DNA of 64,000 bases, taken from a virus. The position numbers and the translations under genes are program-made. The stretch lies in the IMG/VR virus record IMGVR_UViG_3300021142_000007, positions 32,001 through 96,000 of that record; one strand, 5' to 3'. How positions within the stretch are numbered: position 1 is the first letter of the stretch; the number at the start of each line of letters is the position of its first letter. Under the pieces are notes generated by a model. That model saw only the letters and a list, made by a program, of their open reading frames with translations, did no database searches and had not been told where the DNA came from. Below are positions 8,973 to 19,201 of the stretch, piece by piece.

Positions 8973-9854
8973 TTAGTTAAGATTCTCATACACAAGCTGG
9001 TGGGCAGTTGTGTTTAGTTCGTTCGCCCTCGCATATAGGATTTTTTCCATATCTCCGCTTGCTATGTCGTGGGTCGTATACCTTGTAACGCCTTGCAATA
9101 AGCTAAACATATTCGCGCCTGTATTTTGCACTTCGATAGCCACCGCGCCATTTATAGCGTCTATAATGTTTCTTTTACGCGAAGTCAATTCGCTGTATTG
9201 GGCTACATTATAGCCTGTTAACTCGGTTATGAAGCTATCTATCTGTTTTTGCGTTACTGCCTTTAGAGACGCTGTATTGAGCAAATTTACATAGTTTTCA
9301 GTTTCGGCTACTACCTTTAAAATTTCGTTGGTAAAAGTTAGCAAACGGGCCTGGTTATTGGTCGTGTTTTTCATAGCTATATCCACATCTTTTTTCCAGT
9401 TTTTAGCACCGTTCGCGCACCATAGACGCAGGGCGTAGAAGCCTAGTGACATTTTGGTCTTACCGTCAAAGCCTGTGCGAAATTCGAGGGCTGTTTCGAG
9501 GGTATCACCTACCATAGGCGATTGTATTTCATATTTTTTTAATGGGAGGCGAAATACTACCTTTGACCCCTTTTGGTATTCGTTGTATGTTAATTTAGAC
9601 AGGTCAACATCTATACCTGAAGCTAATACGCTATTTTCGATAGCGTCCAGAAAAAGGGACAAATCGGTAGGCTCAAAAACGTCCCCCACCACGCCCAAAC
9701 AGTCCCCGCCTGTGTGCTTATATATACCGTAGCTTTTAGGGCTGTTAAAGCCTTCTAAGCCTGTATGTAGCTGTATTTTTTTAGCGTTAAATACTTGGCT
9801 TTTGAGGTTTGCAATGTGTGAACCTTGTGTTTCAAGAAAATTGAGAATTTCCAT
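8973..9854 (-). CDS. DUF932-like protein
   Basis: LGVVG...GFDGK...RLWCANG...SLLQGVTRYTTH pattern. Confidence 0.7.
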   Translation of the reverse strand: MEILNFLETQGSHIANLKSQVFNAKKIQLHTGLEGFNSPKSYGIYKHTGGDCLGVVGDVFEPTDLSLFLDAIENSVLASGIDVDLSKLTYNEYQKGSKVVFRLPLKKYEIQSPMVGDTLETALEFRTGFDGKTKMSLGFYALRLWCANGAKNWKKDVDIAMKNTTNNQARLLTFTNEILKVVAETENYVNLLNTASLKAVTQKQIDSFITELTGYNVAQYSELTSRKRNIIDAINGAVAIEVQNTGANMFSLLQGVTRYTTHDIASGDMEKILYARANELNTTAHQLVYENLN

Positions 9855-10000
9855 TGTTGTGTGTTTTTTTTTGATTAATTAATGATGCGAATGTAAGTAA
9901 ATTAATTTAATTATGCAAGTCCTATCTTAATTAATTTCGTTTTAATTTACTTTTTAACATATTAGTAATTTAACATATATGTTAATTTTTTTATTTATAT

Positions 10001-10056
10001 GTATAGACGTAGTGGAGTATACCTCCCGACCCTTAGTGTCGTCCCGTCTGAATGAC
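10001..10056 (-). ncRNA. candidate structured small RNA, copy A (GTCATTCAGACGG family)
   Basis: Starts 5 nt after TATCTTTG (10061-10068); conserved ends, central hairpin CGAC/GTCG. Confidence 0.6.
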
Positions 10057-10123
10057 AATACAAAGATAAAAAAAAGGCTTGGATTTCCAAACCTTTTTTT
10101 GTTAATAGATGTTAATTTTTATC

Positions 10124-10642
10124 TTAGCCAAACATTACGGTAACTCCACATTTGATATGTTTGATATTGTCCATTTTAACGGTACGTACAATTATTGCCT
10201 CGTCTGTGCCTTGATTGGTCGGTGCTGTTGTTTTGGGTCTGAATTGCTTTATAGTGGCAATTTCGCTCTCGCTTGCTTCTATACCATCTATGTAGTATTT
10301 CAGTGTCTCGGACGTATTACAAGCAAATAGCAAATATAATTCTGTCGGGTCGCTTTTTTTGGCTACTATCGAACCGTTAAAGCTATCATTTACCTTTTGG
10401 AACCAATTTTCTTTAGCTGTGAAGTTAGCTTCTTTGCCCTCTTTAGCTAGTCTGTTGTTTACCATGTTAGCATAGTTAGCATTTAGAAGCATATTATAGC
10501 TAACTAGCTTGGTCACTTTTGACTTTGCGAAAGGATTGCCAGTTTTAAGTTGTTTTTGTTCAACTTCGGCTATCATTTGAGCGAATTTCGCTGAACCGCC
10601 ATCATTAATAAGTGTCTCGATTACTTGTGTTTTGTTGTTCAT
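10124..10642 (-). CDS. hypothetical early protein
   Basis: 172-aa ORF with own promoter. Confidence 0.75.
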   Translation of the reverse strand: MNNKTQVIETLINDGGSAKFAQMIAEVEQKQLKTGNPFAKSKVTKLVSYNMLLNANYANMVNNRLAKEGKEANFTAKENWFQKVNDSFNGSIVAKKSDPTELYLLFACNTSETLKYYIDGIEASESEIATIKQFRPKTTAPTNQGTDEAIIVRTVKMDNIKHIKCGVTVMFG

Positions 10643-10719
10643 AACAGTGTGTTTTGATTGATTAATGATACAAATATAGGTTAATTAAATTAGAATAGCA
10701 AATTTTATTTGTTAAAAAA

Positions 10720-10995
10720 TCAAAGATTTTTGATAAATTGCTTTATCTTATCATATTCTTTTTTTCCATAATAAAAGACTACCGTTTTATCTTCGTGTAG
10801 CTTGCTTTTATAGCTGTGGCTATCTTCGATAGCTTGTGCTATATTTGCGCTCGTAGTACGTACATAAACGCCTGTTTGAGTACGTACCAATATAGTGCTA
10901 TGTGTGAGGGTATCTCTGCTTATTATTGTCGGTGCTGTGGCGTAGCTTGTTATTGATACAAGTATTAAAGTTAGTGTTAATAGTGTGTTTTTCAT
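10720..10995 (-). CDS. hypothetical protein with signal peptide
   Basis: MKNTLLTLTLILVSITSYA. Confidence 0.65.
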   Translation of the reverse strand: MKNTLLTLTLILVSITSYATAPTIISRDTLTHSTILVRTQTGVYVRTTSANIAQAIEDSHSYKSKLHEDKTVVFYYGKKEYDKIKQFIKNL

Positions 10996-11104
10996 TTCGT
11001 TTGATTGATAGGGCAAAGATAGTAATTTAAAATTACCAAACAAGTCCCTTAACATTTTTAACATATTAGCTATTTAATATATATGTTAATTTTTTTATGT
11101 ATAT

Positions 11105-11157
11105 GTATAGGCGTGTCGGAGTATACCTCCCGCTTCGCAGCGTCCCGTCTGATTGAC
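11105..11157 (-). ncRNA. candidate structured small RNA, copy B
   Basis: After TATATTTG (11162-11169); CGCT-GCGA-AGCG hairpin; about 160-bp flanks similar to copy A. Confidence 0.6.
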
Positions 11158-11222
11158 AATACAAATATAAAAAAAGGATTTGGAATTACCAAATCCTTTT
11201 TGTTAATAGATGTTAAAAGACC

Positions 11223-11453
11223 TTATTTATTTGCATTGCGGTAGTGATAGTGTTTTTGTTTAATATGTGGCGTTGCATAGGGAGTTTTTGAGAAACGACC
11301 ACTAAAAAGACTTTCGTGTCCATGTACCAATTTTGCGCCATGTCCTCCATTTGAGTAACATGGAGATTCTTTGGTATGTGCTGAAGCAGATAGGGCAATG
11401 AGAGACAGAACAACTACCAATACGAAGATTTTTACCAATACTAAATTTTTCAT
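11223..11453 (-). CDS. small secreted or membrane His-rich protein
   Basis: Hydrophobic N-terminus ending ASA. Confidence 0.6.
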   Translation of the reverse strand: MKNLVLVKIFVLVVVLSLIALSASAHTKESPCYSNGGHGAKLVHGHESLFSGRFSKTPYATPHIKQKHYHYRNANK

Positions 11454-11801
11454 TTGTGTGTTTTTTTTGAGTGATTAATAGGACAAAGATAGTAATTAAT
11501 TTGATACTTGCAAGGACTAATTTGTTAATTTTTTAGGTCTATAACCTACTGAGTATACCGTACCATGATTTATACACATACGAAGATGTTTCCATATCTT
11601 CGTTTGTTTTGGACGTTTACAAGTTTGTGCCCCTACAATATTTTCTTTGCTCTTATTTGTTTCGTAGTAATAAAATTCGTATACCATGATGTGTGTTTTG
11701 ATTGATAGGACAAATATAAATAAAGTAATTTAAACCACCAAATAATATTTGTTAAAAAAAAGGACTACTTTCGTAGTCCTTTCTTAACCTATAAACACAC
11801 A

Positions 11802-12026
11802 CTATTTTACTTTGGTGCCATCCCATGTGCCGTATGCTTTAGCGTATGGATTACCACCTGAATATTTTTCAAATACCTTTATAACCGTGCCTTGTGGCAA
11901 GTCTGAATTTAGTTCATATCTACCACCACCGCCAAACATGGAGTAGTTTGTGCCGTATACCTTTTGTTTAGCAGTTAATGCTTCATTGATTGCTTTTTTA
12001 CTTTTAGCTTGTACGTAGATTTCCAT
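11802..12026 (-). CDS. hypothetical early protein
   Basis: ORF with own promoter and terminator. Confidence 0.75.
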   Translation of the reverse strand: MEIYVQAKSKKAINEALTAKQKVYGTNYSMFGGGGRYELNSDLPQGTVIKVFEKYSGGNPYAKAYGTWDGTKVK

Positions 12027-12105
12027 TGTGTGTTATTTTTTGATTGATTAATGATACAAAGATAATGCTTTTTTTGAGACTTGCAAGTAATTTTTTGTTA
12101 AAAAT

Positions 12106-12315
12106 TTACATATGGTGACTATACTTGTTAATTAATGCTTTTGCTTCAGATATGAACGAAAGTCTGTCAATAGTTGTTTCGCATAAGCTACCATGTGTTT
12201 CTTCTTCGTATTGGACGCGCTTATCCGCTAGTTTATCTAATTTGTTAAGCCTATCCAAAATAAGGCTCATTTCCTTTGCCATCTTTAGTCTTAGTTGTGG
12301 TTCTTTGTTTGTCAT
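12106..12315 (-). CDS. hypothetical early protein
   Basis: ATG at 12315 after promoter. Confidence 0.6.
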   Translation of the reverse strand: MTNKEPQLRLKMAKEMSLILDRLNKLDKLADKRVQYEEETHGSLCETTIDRLSFISEAKALINKYSHHM

Positions 12316-12366
12316 GTGTGTTTTGATTGATAGGGCAAAGATACTAATTAAATTCATATTTCCAAA

Positions 12367-12567
12367 TTAATTTGTTGCTAATTTGAAGATTATTTTTTGC
12401 ACCTTTTTATGTCCTGAATGATAGCTGTCTCCGAATAGGCTTTTACCCATAAATGAGTCCCCTTTTATATTATTGCCTGAGACGGTCTTCATTTCGTCAT
12501 TATGTAGAATTGTGTCGCCAGCTTGGATATTTGAGATGTGTGTTTCTAGTATGCTATAATTGTACAT
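12367..12567 (-). CDS. hypothetical early protein
   Basis: ATG at 12567; HISNIQAGDTILH...SLFGDSY. Confidence 0.7.
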   Translation of the reverse strand: MYNYSILETHISNIQAGDTILHNDEMKTVSGNNIKGDSFMGKSLFGDSYHSGHKKVQKIIFKLATN

Positions 12568-12695
12568 GATTGATTGATTTGATAGGGCAAAGATACTAAT
12601 TAAATTCATATTTCCAAATTAAAATGAATTTATTTTTTTTTAAGATAAATTGTTAAATACTTTGGTAGTCTCAAATAAATAGCTATCTTTGTTGG

Positions 12696-12752
12696 GTCAT
12701 TCAGACAGGAGGTCGTCACCGACTTGAGGTAGACTCCGTCACGTCCCTATAT
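12696..12752 (+). ncRNA. candidate structured small RNA, copy C
   Basis: After TTTG(12661)-N19-TATCTTTG(12684); AGGTCG-TCAC-CGACTT hairpin. Confidence 0.55.
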
Positions 12753-12845
12753 AAGGTAATTTTTAAATTTGTTAAAAAGTGTTAATTGGTTTGGTTTTTA
12801 AATTAATTAATTTATCTTTGCCCTATCAATCAAAACACATAATAT

Positions 12846-12986
12846 ATGAGCAAAGCACAAAAGAAGACGATGAAAGCGGTTTATCAAGTCCATATCGGGA
12901 TGAATGTCCTAGATGAGCATGGTATGTATAACTATGACCGAGCGAAGCGTAGAGCGAAATCCTATCATTACTGGAGGTCTAAATAA
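12846..12986 (+). CDS. small basic protein (46 aa)
   Basis: Manual ORF MSKAQKKT...; own promoter and terminator hairpin. Confidence 0.55.
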   Translation: MSKAQKKTMKAVYQVHIGMNVLDEHGMYNYDRAKRRAKSYHYWRSK

Positions 12987-13047
12987 CTTCAAAAAAAGTG
13001 GGGCTACTATTTGGTAGTCCCATTTCTTTTTCATATATTTGCATTAT

Positions 13048-13179
13048 AATCGGGTGGCGAAATTGGTAGACGCACATAGAGTCATGGTGAAGCACTTTGT
13101 AAAAAGAAAGCCCATGTTTAAGTTTAAAGCTATCTATGATTGGTTGCAAACAATGCAGGTTCGAGTCCTGCTCCGATTA
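13048..13179 (+). tRNA. atypical tRNA-Leu-like gene with a 54-nt anticodon loop
   Basis: Acceptor AATCGGG/TCCGATT+A; D arm TGGCGAAATTGGTAGACGC; T arm GCAGG-TTCGAGT-CCTGC; stem CATAG/CTATG; promoter at 13034-13041. Confidence 0.75.
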
Positions 13180-13194
13180 CTTAAATCAATCAAT

Positions 13195-13332
13195 ATGTTA
13201 CTACTAGGTAAAAACCCAGAGATAACAGCTATCTTTGATTGTCAGCTTCAGTACTATATCGTTTATAAGAATGGTCAGGTATTGGTCAGTCACAAGTATC
13301 GCTACCGAGACATCGAGAGTTATCTTAATTAA
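13195..13332 (+). CDS. small hypothetical protein
   Basis: ATG at 13195; followed by terminator hairpin and T run. Confidence 0.6.
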   Translation: MLLLGKNPEITAIFDCQLQYYIVYKNGQVLVSHKYRYRDIESYLN

Positions 13333-13402
13333 AATGAAAAGGCCCGAATTTCTTCGGGCTTTTTTGTTTGATATCTAGCCGAGCCTTCGCTGTCCGAGGT
13401 CG

Positions 13403-13422
13403 GTGTACACAATTGTGTATAC
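13403..13422. promoter_or_regulatory. palindromic motif TGTACAC-N4-GTGTAYA, copy 1 of 5
   Basis: Related copies at 21920-21939, 33425-33444, 33818-33837, 57687-57706. Confidence 0.6.
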
Positions 13423-13813
13423 TAGGGCATTGGGAAGAAATGAAGGAGCAGACCGAATACTATTATGGTGCCAGTTGCACCGATTATAAGACCTACATTG
13501 AAGCCTTCGTTTAAGCCTTGTCTGTGGGCTTTTTCTATTTGTTGTTTGTAGATTGAATTTGTTTGCATGATTATTTTTTAAAGATAAACGGATAATAGAT
13601 GAATTTATACCAATAGACCTTAATCCAAGTCTTGATATTAACGTATCTCTCTATGAGCAATTGTCTTACACCTTTCCATCCTTTGGTGTTCTGTCTTTTA
13701 TAGTCTTGAATAAATGTGTTCATCTTAATTTATTTTTTTGTGAATAACTAAAAATATCAGTCTTCCATATAAGACCCCGATTGCTAGGCATATAAACCAA
13801 TATAGTAGTTCTA

Positions 13814-14056
13814 TCATGATTTATGAGTGTAGTAATTAGTGATTTCAACGAAGTTCTCCATAGAAGAGATGAATTCTGTTTTGATACGTAGAACGTCTTT
13901 TGGCGACTCTGATATACGATTATACTGCATAATAACAGGCAGTTGTGTTTGAGCGTCAATAATGACTATGAGGTCTTGACCAGCTTCTTTAGCGTTTTTA
14001 GCCTCGCGGTACATCATGTGTATGTTCAACTTAATGAACTCAAGTATTCTTTTCAT
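13814..14056 (-). CDS. hypothetical early protein
   Basis: ORF with own promoter. Confidence 0.65.
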   Translation of the reverse strand: MKRILEFIKLNIHMMYREAKNAKEAGQDLIVIIDAQTQLPVIMQYNRISESPKDVLRIKTEFISSMENFVEITNYYTHKS

Positions 14057-14109
14057 GTTTGATTGATTTATGGTACAAATATAATACTTTTTTTGGTATC
14101 TCCAAATTC

Positions 14110-14310
14110 TTAGTCAGGTATTTTTTCAAATATTTCACCCAGTGATTTATAACCAAACATGTGGTTCAACCATAGATTACCAAAGACCCCACCATTATCA
14201 CCAACGAATCTAACTTGTGTTTCTTTGATAGATACGTCATAGACCTTATTTCGGCTGAGGATGCCAGCTTGTATTGGCAGTTCGTTTTTTGCTATGTATT
14301 TTACTTTCAT
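14110..14310 (-). CDS. hypothetical early protein
   Basis: ORF; ATG immediately after promoter. Confidence 0.6.
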   Translation of the reverse strand: MKVKYIAKNELPIQAGILSRNKVYDVSIKETQVRFVGDNGGVFGNLWLNHMFGYKSLGEIFEKIPD

Positions 14311-14535
14311 GGTACAAATATAAGCATAAAAAACGAAACCCCCAAATTTCTTTGAGAGTTTCGTTCCTTTTTTATTACTATAATTTCAATGCTTATGACA
14401 AGATGTTTTATTTCATACCTTATAGAGTTTTGGGGTTAATTAATACTTATAAATTTTAACATTAATTCTCTTGATATTCCAGTTACTTATTTACTGGGAC
14501 TGCCTTTGTTTCGTGCCATTTTTCAGAGTTGTGAG

Positions 14536-14727
14536 TTAATTACTTTGTGCGAAGCTAAACGGATATGCTTTCTTGCCTTTGAGATTGCATACGCGGATGA
14601 AGGACTTGACCCTTTCGTCAGTGCCTTTGATGTACATGGTATTCGTACCACCTGAATAGCTTGCGTTTACACCGTATGCTTGCGCTGAAGCTTGCAGTGC
14701 TTTTTTTGGGCTTGTTGTTGTTAACAT
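14536..14727 (-). CDS. hypothetical early protein
   Basis: ORF with own promoter. Confidence 0.65.
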   Translation of the reverse strand: MLTTTSPKKALQASAQAYGVNASYSGGTNTMYIKGTDERVKSFIRVCNLKGKKAYPFSFAQSN

Positions 14728-14794
14728 GATTTATTGTTTTTTGATTAATGATACAAAGATAAGACTTATTTTCGTATTTCCAAATCTTTATTTC

Positions 14795-15079
14795 TTAAAA
14801 GTTTGAATAAGTGTGTATGAAGCTTTCAACCATGATTCTTTCTTTTACCGACTCATATACGATTTCACCGCTAAATGATTCAGGTATTAGATATGAATCA
14901 AACATATTAACCATATCATCACCTATTTTTGCGGCATCATCTTCTGAATCACACATGATGATTGCATCTACACGATGCACCAAAGCTTTTTCACCTTCGG
15001 GTTTAGAGAATAGCTTCAATTCTTTTTCATCGAAATGGTGGAAGGTAATGTTTCCGAGGATTAGCAGTACTTTTTTCAT
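14795..15079 (-). CDS. hypothetical early protein
   Basis: ORF with own promoter. Confidence 0.65.
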   Translation of the reverse strand: MKKVLLILGNITFHHFDEKELKLFSKPEGEKALVHRVDAIIMCDSEDDAAKIGDDMVNMFDSYLIPESFSGEIVYESVKERIMVESFIHTYSNF

Positions 15080-15122
15080 GATTGATTATTTTGTTAGGAC
15101 AAAGATAAGAATATTATCCGAA

Positions 15123-15434
15123 TTACCAATAAAGATTGATAGGAAATTTTACCTTGCTTTTGACCCATTTGAGTATTTCGTCAGCGTAGTAGCTTGTAGT
15201 TTCTTCGCACAGGTAGTCCAGCAATGCTCTTTCAGCCTTGCCACTATTATTGTCAGGGTTGATGGTTACTTCGATACGATGAACTTCTTTGGCTTTGCTT
15301 TGGTCGCTGTTTTTATTTGTGCCAGCTGATACGTCCCATAGCTTGCTGATTATGGTTACTTTGTTTTTGGTAGTTATTGCGGTGATAACTCCATTCTTTG
15401 CGTATTCGCCAATCTTGAATGTTTTGGTTGCCAT
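15123..15434 (-). CDS. hypothetical early protein
   Basis: ORF with own promoter. Confidence 0.7.
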   Translation of the reverse strand: MATKTFKIGEYAKNGVITAITTKNKVTIISKLWDVSAGTNKNSDQSKAKEVHRIEVTINPDNNSGKAERALLDYLCEETTSYYADEILKWVKSKVKFPINLYW

Positions 15435-15470
15435 GATATGTGTTTTTGATTAATGATACAAAGATAAGAC

Positions 15471-15971
15471 TTATTTTCGTATTTCCAAGTCTTTTAGCTT
15501 ATTTTTTAGCAAATTCCAAAATAATTCATGGTCTTTCGCATTGAAGGAGAATATTTCGATTATAAAACAATTTATATTCGTATACTTCTCAAGGTTAGAA
15601 ATAACATCTAACCGATACTTATTTCTTAATTCATTTGGAGTCTTTCGCTTGTATTGACTAGCAGTCAGATACTCAAGGTTACCACTTATGTAGTTTTCTT
15701 TTAATACATCGATTATCTCTCCGAGCGTTTCCATTATTGCTTTGAAAGACTCTTTGGTATAGGTAAAGTGTAGATAACTTACGTTATCCCTTAGTAGATT
15801 TTCGCTACGCTTTGATAAGATGGTCTGTAGATTTGGATTGGCATTTATGGCATCCAATACCTCTAGCAAACCTTCATCTAGGTCCCAATCCTTATCGGTG
15901 AATTTCTTTGCCTTGTCCAATTCAGCCATATAATAGGTTTTGCTAGTGGCTGTCAGATATATCTCTTTCAT
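15471..15971 (-). CDS. hypothetical protein
   Basis: 166-aa ORF. Confidence 0.65.
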   Translation of the reverse strand: MKEIYLTATSKTYYMAELDKAKKFTDKDWDLDEGLLEVLDAINANPNLQTILSKRSENLLRDNVSYLHFTYTKESFKAIMETLGEIIDVLKENYISGNLEYLTASQYKRKTPNELRNKYRLDVISNLEKYTNINCFIIEIFSFNAKDHELFWNLLKNKLKDLEIRK

Positions 15972-15972
15972 A

Positions 15973-16299
15973 TTATAGTTGTTCAGGTAGATAAGAAAAT
16001 ATGTATCCGTTCTCTTCGATAGCTAGGTCTACTATATCCTTTGCTTTTTGTTTTGCTTTATCTATAAAGCGTTTAAGGATAGGTTCTTGTTCCTCATAAT
16101 TAAAACCTATTGCTGTTAGGGTTCTTTTAAACTCAATTTGTGTTCTCATGTAGTATGTGACCAAATCTAATATTGCTTGTTCCTTTTCTTCTATTCGACA
16201 ACAAAGAACATCGTCAAATTCTATGTCATTACCAATGGTTATGAACTTGTGGCTTGTTGAACGGATGCTTACTTTTGTGTTTGCTATTCCCAGTATCAT
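15973..16299 (-). CDS. hypothetical early protein
   Basis: ATG at 16299 after promoter. Confidence 0.65.
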   Translation of the reverse strand: MILGIANTKVSIRSTSHKFITIGNDIEFDDVLCCRIEEKEQAILDLVTYYMRTQIEFKRTLTAIGFNYEEQEPILKRFIDKAKQKAKDIVDLAIEENGYIFSYLPEQL

Positions 16300-16423
16300 T
16301 GTATTTGTTTTTGATTGATAGGACAAAGATAAGACTTATTTTCGTATTTCCAAATCCTAGCACAACTTTTTTTAAATAAAAAAGGAGGTACAAGTACCTC
16401 CCTTCTTAACAATCAATAAAACA

Positions 16424-17101
16424 CTAGCTTTCAGCTACAAGTAGCTCTATATATTCTTTTTCTGTCAGATGTCGTGGTGCTGTCAGAGGTTCATACTTTC
16501 CTTTCGGCTTTATGAGTATGCAGTCTCCCTGTCTTAGTACCTCTTTAATATGACCCTTCGGCACGTTGGTCTGTATCGTCCATGCAATAGCTTGTATTGC
16601 AGTTATCGGACAATCACTTAGACTATAAAACCACCTATCTTCATTTGTGGTATATACGCTTGCAGGGTCAACCCAAATAAAGTAGGTTCTATCTGTCGAA
16701 GTATCTTTGCACTTCACATAGTAGCAGTCTCTCATTGTCTGCCATGAATCCAAGCCTTCGTTGAAGTACGACCCATCTACTTCGTAGAGTTCGTATATAT
16801 CGTTGAACTTATGTTCGACCCTTTCGCCCTTTTCGTTCACCCAGTTAGTTGTCTTTTCGATGTTTTGGCGACTGATTAGTCTCGGCTTTACTTCATTTAC
16901 GAGACGTTCCAAGCCCAAGCATACTACGCCTACCCTTCTTTGTTCAAGGTTTGGTAGCCTTGCTATTTCTTTGAAGGTCAAAGGCTTGATACTATCCCAA
17001 GTATCTTTTAGTTCAGGAAAAGGACACTCGCTGTTTTTTAGCTTCAATAAACGACTTCCTATTTCGTGTGGAAACTTTTGGCTGTTTACAATGATATTCA
17101 T
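16424..17101 (-). CDS. DUF6745-related protein with C-terminal RQGD motif; paralog of 39440..40165
   Basis: NLEQRR, YELY, VKCKDTSTDRTYFIWV, AIQAIAWT, RQGDC...LVAES. Confidence 0.65.
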   Translation of the reverse strand: MNIIVNSQKFPHEIGSRLLKLKNSECPFPELKDTWDSIKPLTFKEIARLPNLEQRRVGVVCLGLERLVNEVKPRLISRQNIEKTTNWVNEKGERVEHKFNDIYELYEVDGSYFNEGLDSWQTMRDCYYVKCKDTSTDRTYFIWVDPASVYTTNEDRWFYSLSDCPITAIQAIAWTIQTNVPKGHIKEVLRQGDCILIKPKGKYEPLTAPRHLTEKEYIELLVAES

Positions 17102-17171
17102 TTATATGTTTTTTATGTTAGGCAAAGATAAGGAAGTATTCGGAATTTCCAAATACTTCCATGATTTTTTT

Positions 17172-17795
17172 TTAGTCGCTTTCTTTATAAACGTAGCCTT
17201 GTTTGCTAACGCTTATGGTCAACATATTGTCAGATAACTTAATATCTCCTTCGCCTGTGGTGAAGGTGAACCACCCACCTGATTCATCTTCAATCGCTTT
17301 TAGGCAGAAACCTTCGGCTGTGTCTCTTATTTTATCCACTATGCTTTTGGCTCTTGCTTCGTCTTCATCGGTTATAATGAAGTCATGCTTATATAGCACC
17401 GCTTCGTTATCATCATCACCGTTTATGTTTCGGATATGATTAGCCACAAATTCAGCTTCTTCTTTCGATAGTTCTACGGTAGTGTCTTCGGTGAAGGTTT
17501 CGCTAAATTCAGATGTAGCATCCTTGCTAAAGGACAGGTCATCTTCGTCCAATTCGATTGTAACCACACCGTTTTCGCCTATGTAGTGTCCATCTGAATT
17601 TACATAGAAGTCTACCTTGTCATAGATTACTTCATTTATGTATTCATCTATTTCAGGTACTTGTATTTCTTCTCCATCCTTATTGAGGATTGTAATGTCT
17701 GTATCGCCCATGCTATCACCACCGCAGTCAAAAGTGAAGTCTACGTGGTCTACGTTTTTTTCTTTCCAAAGACTGATTATTTCTTCTTTACGCAT
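17172..17795 (-). CDS. DUF6878-like acidic protein
   Basis: FTFDCGGDSMG motif; very acidic. Confidence 0.55.
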   Translation of the reverse strand: MRKEEIISLWKEKNVDHVDFTFDCGGDSMGDTDITILNKDGEEIQVPEIDEYINEVIYDKVDFYVNSDGHYIGENGVVTIELDEDDLSFSKDATSEFSETFTEDTTVELSKEEAEFVANHIRNINGDDDNEAVLYKHDFIITDEDEARAKSIVDKIRDTAEGFCLKAIEDESGGWFTFTTGEGDIKLSDNMLTISVSKQGYVYKESD

Positions 17796-17953
17796 TTTCT
17801 TGTTTTAATTTATGATGCAAATTTATGTAAATAAAATTAAACCACCAAATTTATTTGCTTATTTTTTAAATTATTTTCTAACTCAGGTACGAATCTTATT
17901 CTAAAATCTTGACTTTTACACAAAAATAATATATTTATTGTAAAAACAAAATT

Positions 17954-18739
17954 ATGGATACAAAAATTTGCAATAAGTGTAATCTGGATAAGCCAGTCAA
18001 TGAGTATTATAAAGACAAAACAAAAAAAGATGGTTTAGCTTCTTTTTGTATTGAATGTAAAAAACGTAGCGGTAAATTGTCATATGAAAAAAATGCTGAG
18101 AAAAGAATAGCAAAAGCTAAACAATATCGTGAGCAAAATAGAGATAAAGTAAACAAAAAAAATAAGCTCTATTATCTTAAAAATAAACAAACTTTTTCTG
18201 AAAAATCCAAAATTTATCGTGAGGCAAATTCAGATAATATAAAGAAGATGAGTAAACAATACTATGAAGAAAATAAGCATAAGGTACTGGAGCGTTATTT
18301 TAAAAATAGAGAAAACGAATTAAAAAGAATGAAAGATTGGAAAAAAGACAATCGAAAAAGACTAGCAGAGTATCAAAGAAACTATTATCAATCTCGAAAG
18401 AAAAAAGACCCATTGTTTAAATTAACTCTAAACATTAGAGGGTTAATAAGATTATCAATTAAAAATAAAGGGTTAAAGAAAAACTCTAAAACCTCTGATA
18501 TACTTGGCTGTTCGTTTGAAGAATTTAAAATCTATTTAGAATCTAAGTTTGAGTCTTGGATGAATTGGGATAACTATGGGCTTTATAACGGGGAGCCAAA
18601 CTATGGTTGGGATATTGACCATATAATACCTTTAGCTACTGCCTTAAAGGAAGAAGACTTGCTAAGTTTAAACCACTACACTAATCTTCAACCATTATGT
18701 AGTTATTTGAACAGAGACGTTAAAAAAGATAATTATTGA
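17954..18739 (+). CDS. HNH homing-endonuclease-like protein
   Basis: CxxC...CxxC N-terminus, basic repeats, WDIDHIIPL...NHYTNLQPL; opposite strand to neighbours. Confidence 0.8.
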   Translation: MDTKICNKCNLDKPVNEYYKDKTKKDGLASFCIECKKRSGKLSYEKNAEKRIAKAKQYREQNRDKVNKKNKLYYLKNKQTFSEKSKIYREANSDNIKKMSKQYYEENKHKVLERYFKNRENELKRMKDWKKDNRKRLAEYQRNYYQSRKKKDPLFKLTLNIRGLIRLSIKNKGLKKNSKTSDILGCSFEEFKIYLESKFESWMNWDNYGLYNGEPNYGWDIDHIIPLATALKEEDLLSLNHYTNLQPLCSYLNRDVKKDNY

Positions 18740-19134
18740 ACATTCTCTTTTAATTTCTCTTTAAATTCTTTTGCTGTTTCATATGCTTCAGGGTTATCTA
18801 AAGGTTTTACTCCGTTACACATCCAAGGTTGCACTTGCATATGTTTTAGATAATCCTGCGGTGTTGGTATGAAGGTTCTGAAGTCTTCAAGAATATGTAG
18901 CATTGCTATATCTACCGTATCAACGCTACGACCATCTGAATTTACTATGTTGTAGCCAAATACCTTTGGTATGATATTATATGCAAACCAAGTATTATGT
19001 GTCAGGAAACGTGAAGTATTGTTGTTCATTGCACCCTTAGGACTATCAAGTAGTTCATGAAGTTGTAGGTAGTCTTCGGGCTTACCACCCCAACGCTTAA
19101 CGCTTGACTTTGAATGTAAGTATGGATTTGCCAT
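18733..19134 (-). CDS. DUF6915-like protein
   Basis: MANPYLHSKSSVKRWGGKPEDY...H...HILEDF. Confidence 0.7.
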   Translation of the reverse strand: MANPYLHSKSSVKRWGGKPEDYLQLHELLDSPKGAMNNNTSRFLTHNTWFAYNIIPKVFGYNIVNSDGRSVDTVDIAMLHILEDFRTFIPTPQDYLKHMQVQPWMCNGVKPLDNPEAYETAKEFKEKLKENVQ

Positions 19135-19201
19135 GTTTGATTGATTGATAGGACAAAGATACAAAAAGTATTTGAATTTGCAAGAACTAATTTGTTAAAA
19201 A

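Noticed and set aside
10001-10056. Hammerhead ribozyme reading of the repeated element (CTGAATGA on one strand)
   Set aside because: No CUGANGA/GAAA core in proper stems, and the promoter points to the opposite strand
13039-13194. N-terminal half of ORF 13039..13332
   Set aside because: Overlaps the tRNA-like gene; the likely start is ATG 13195
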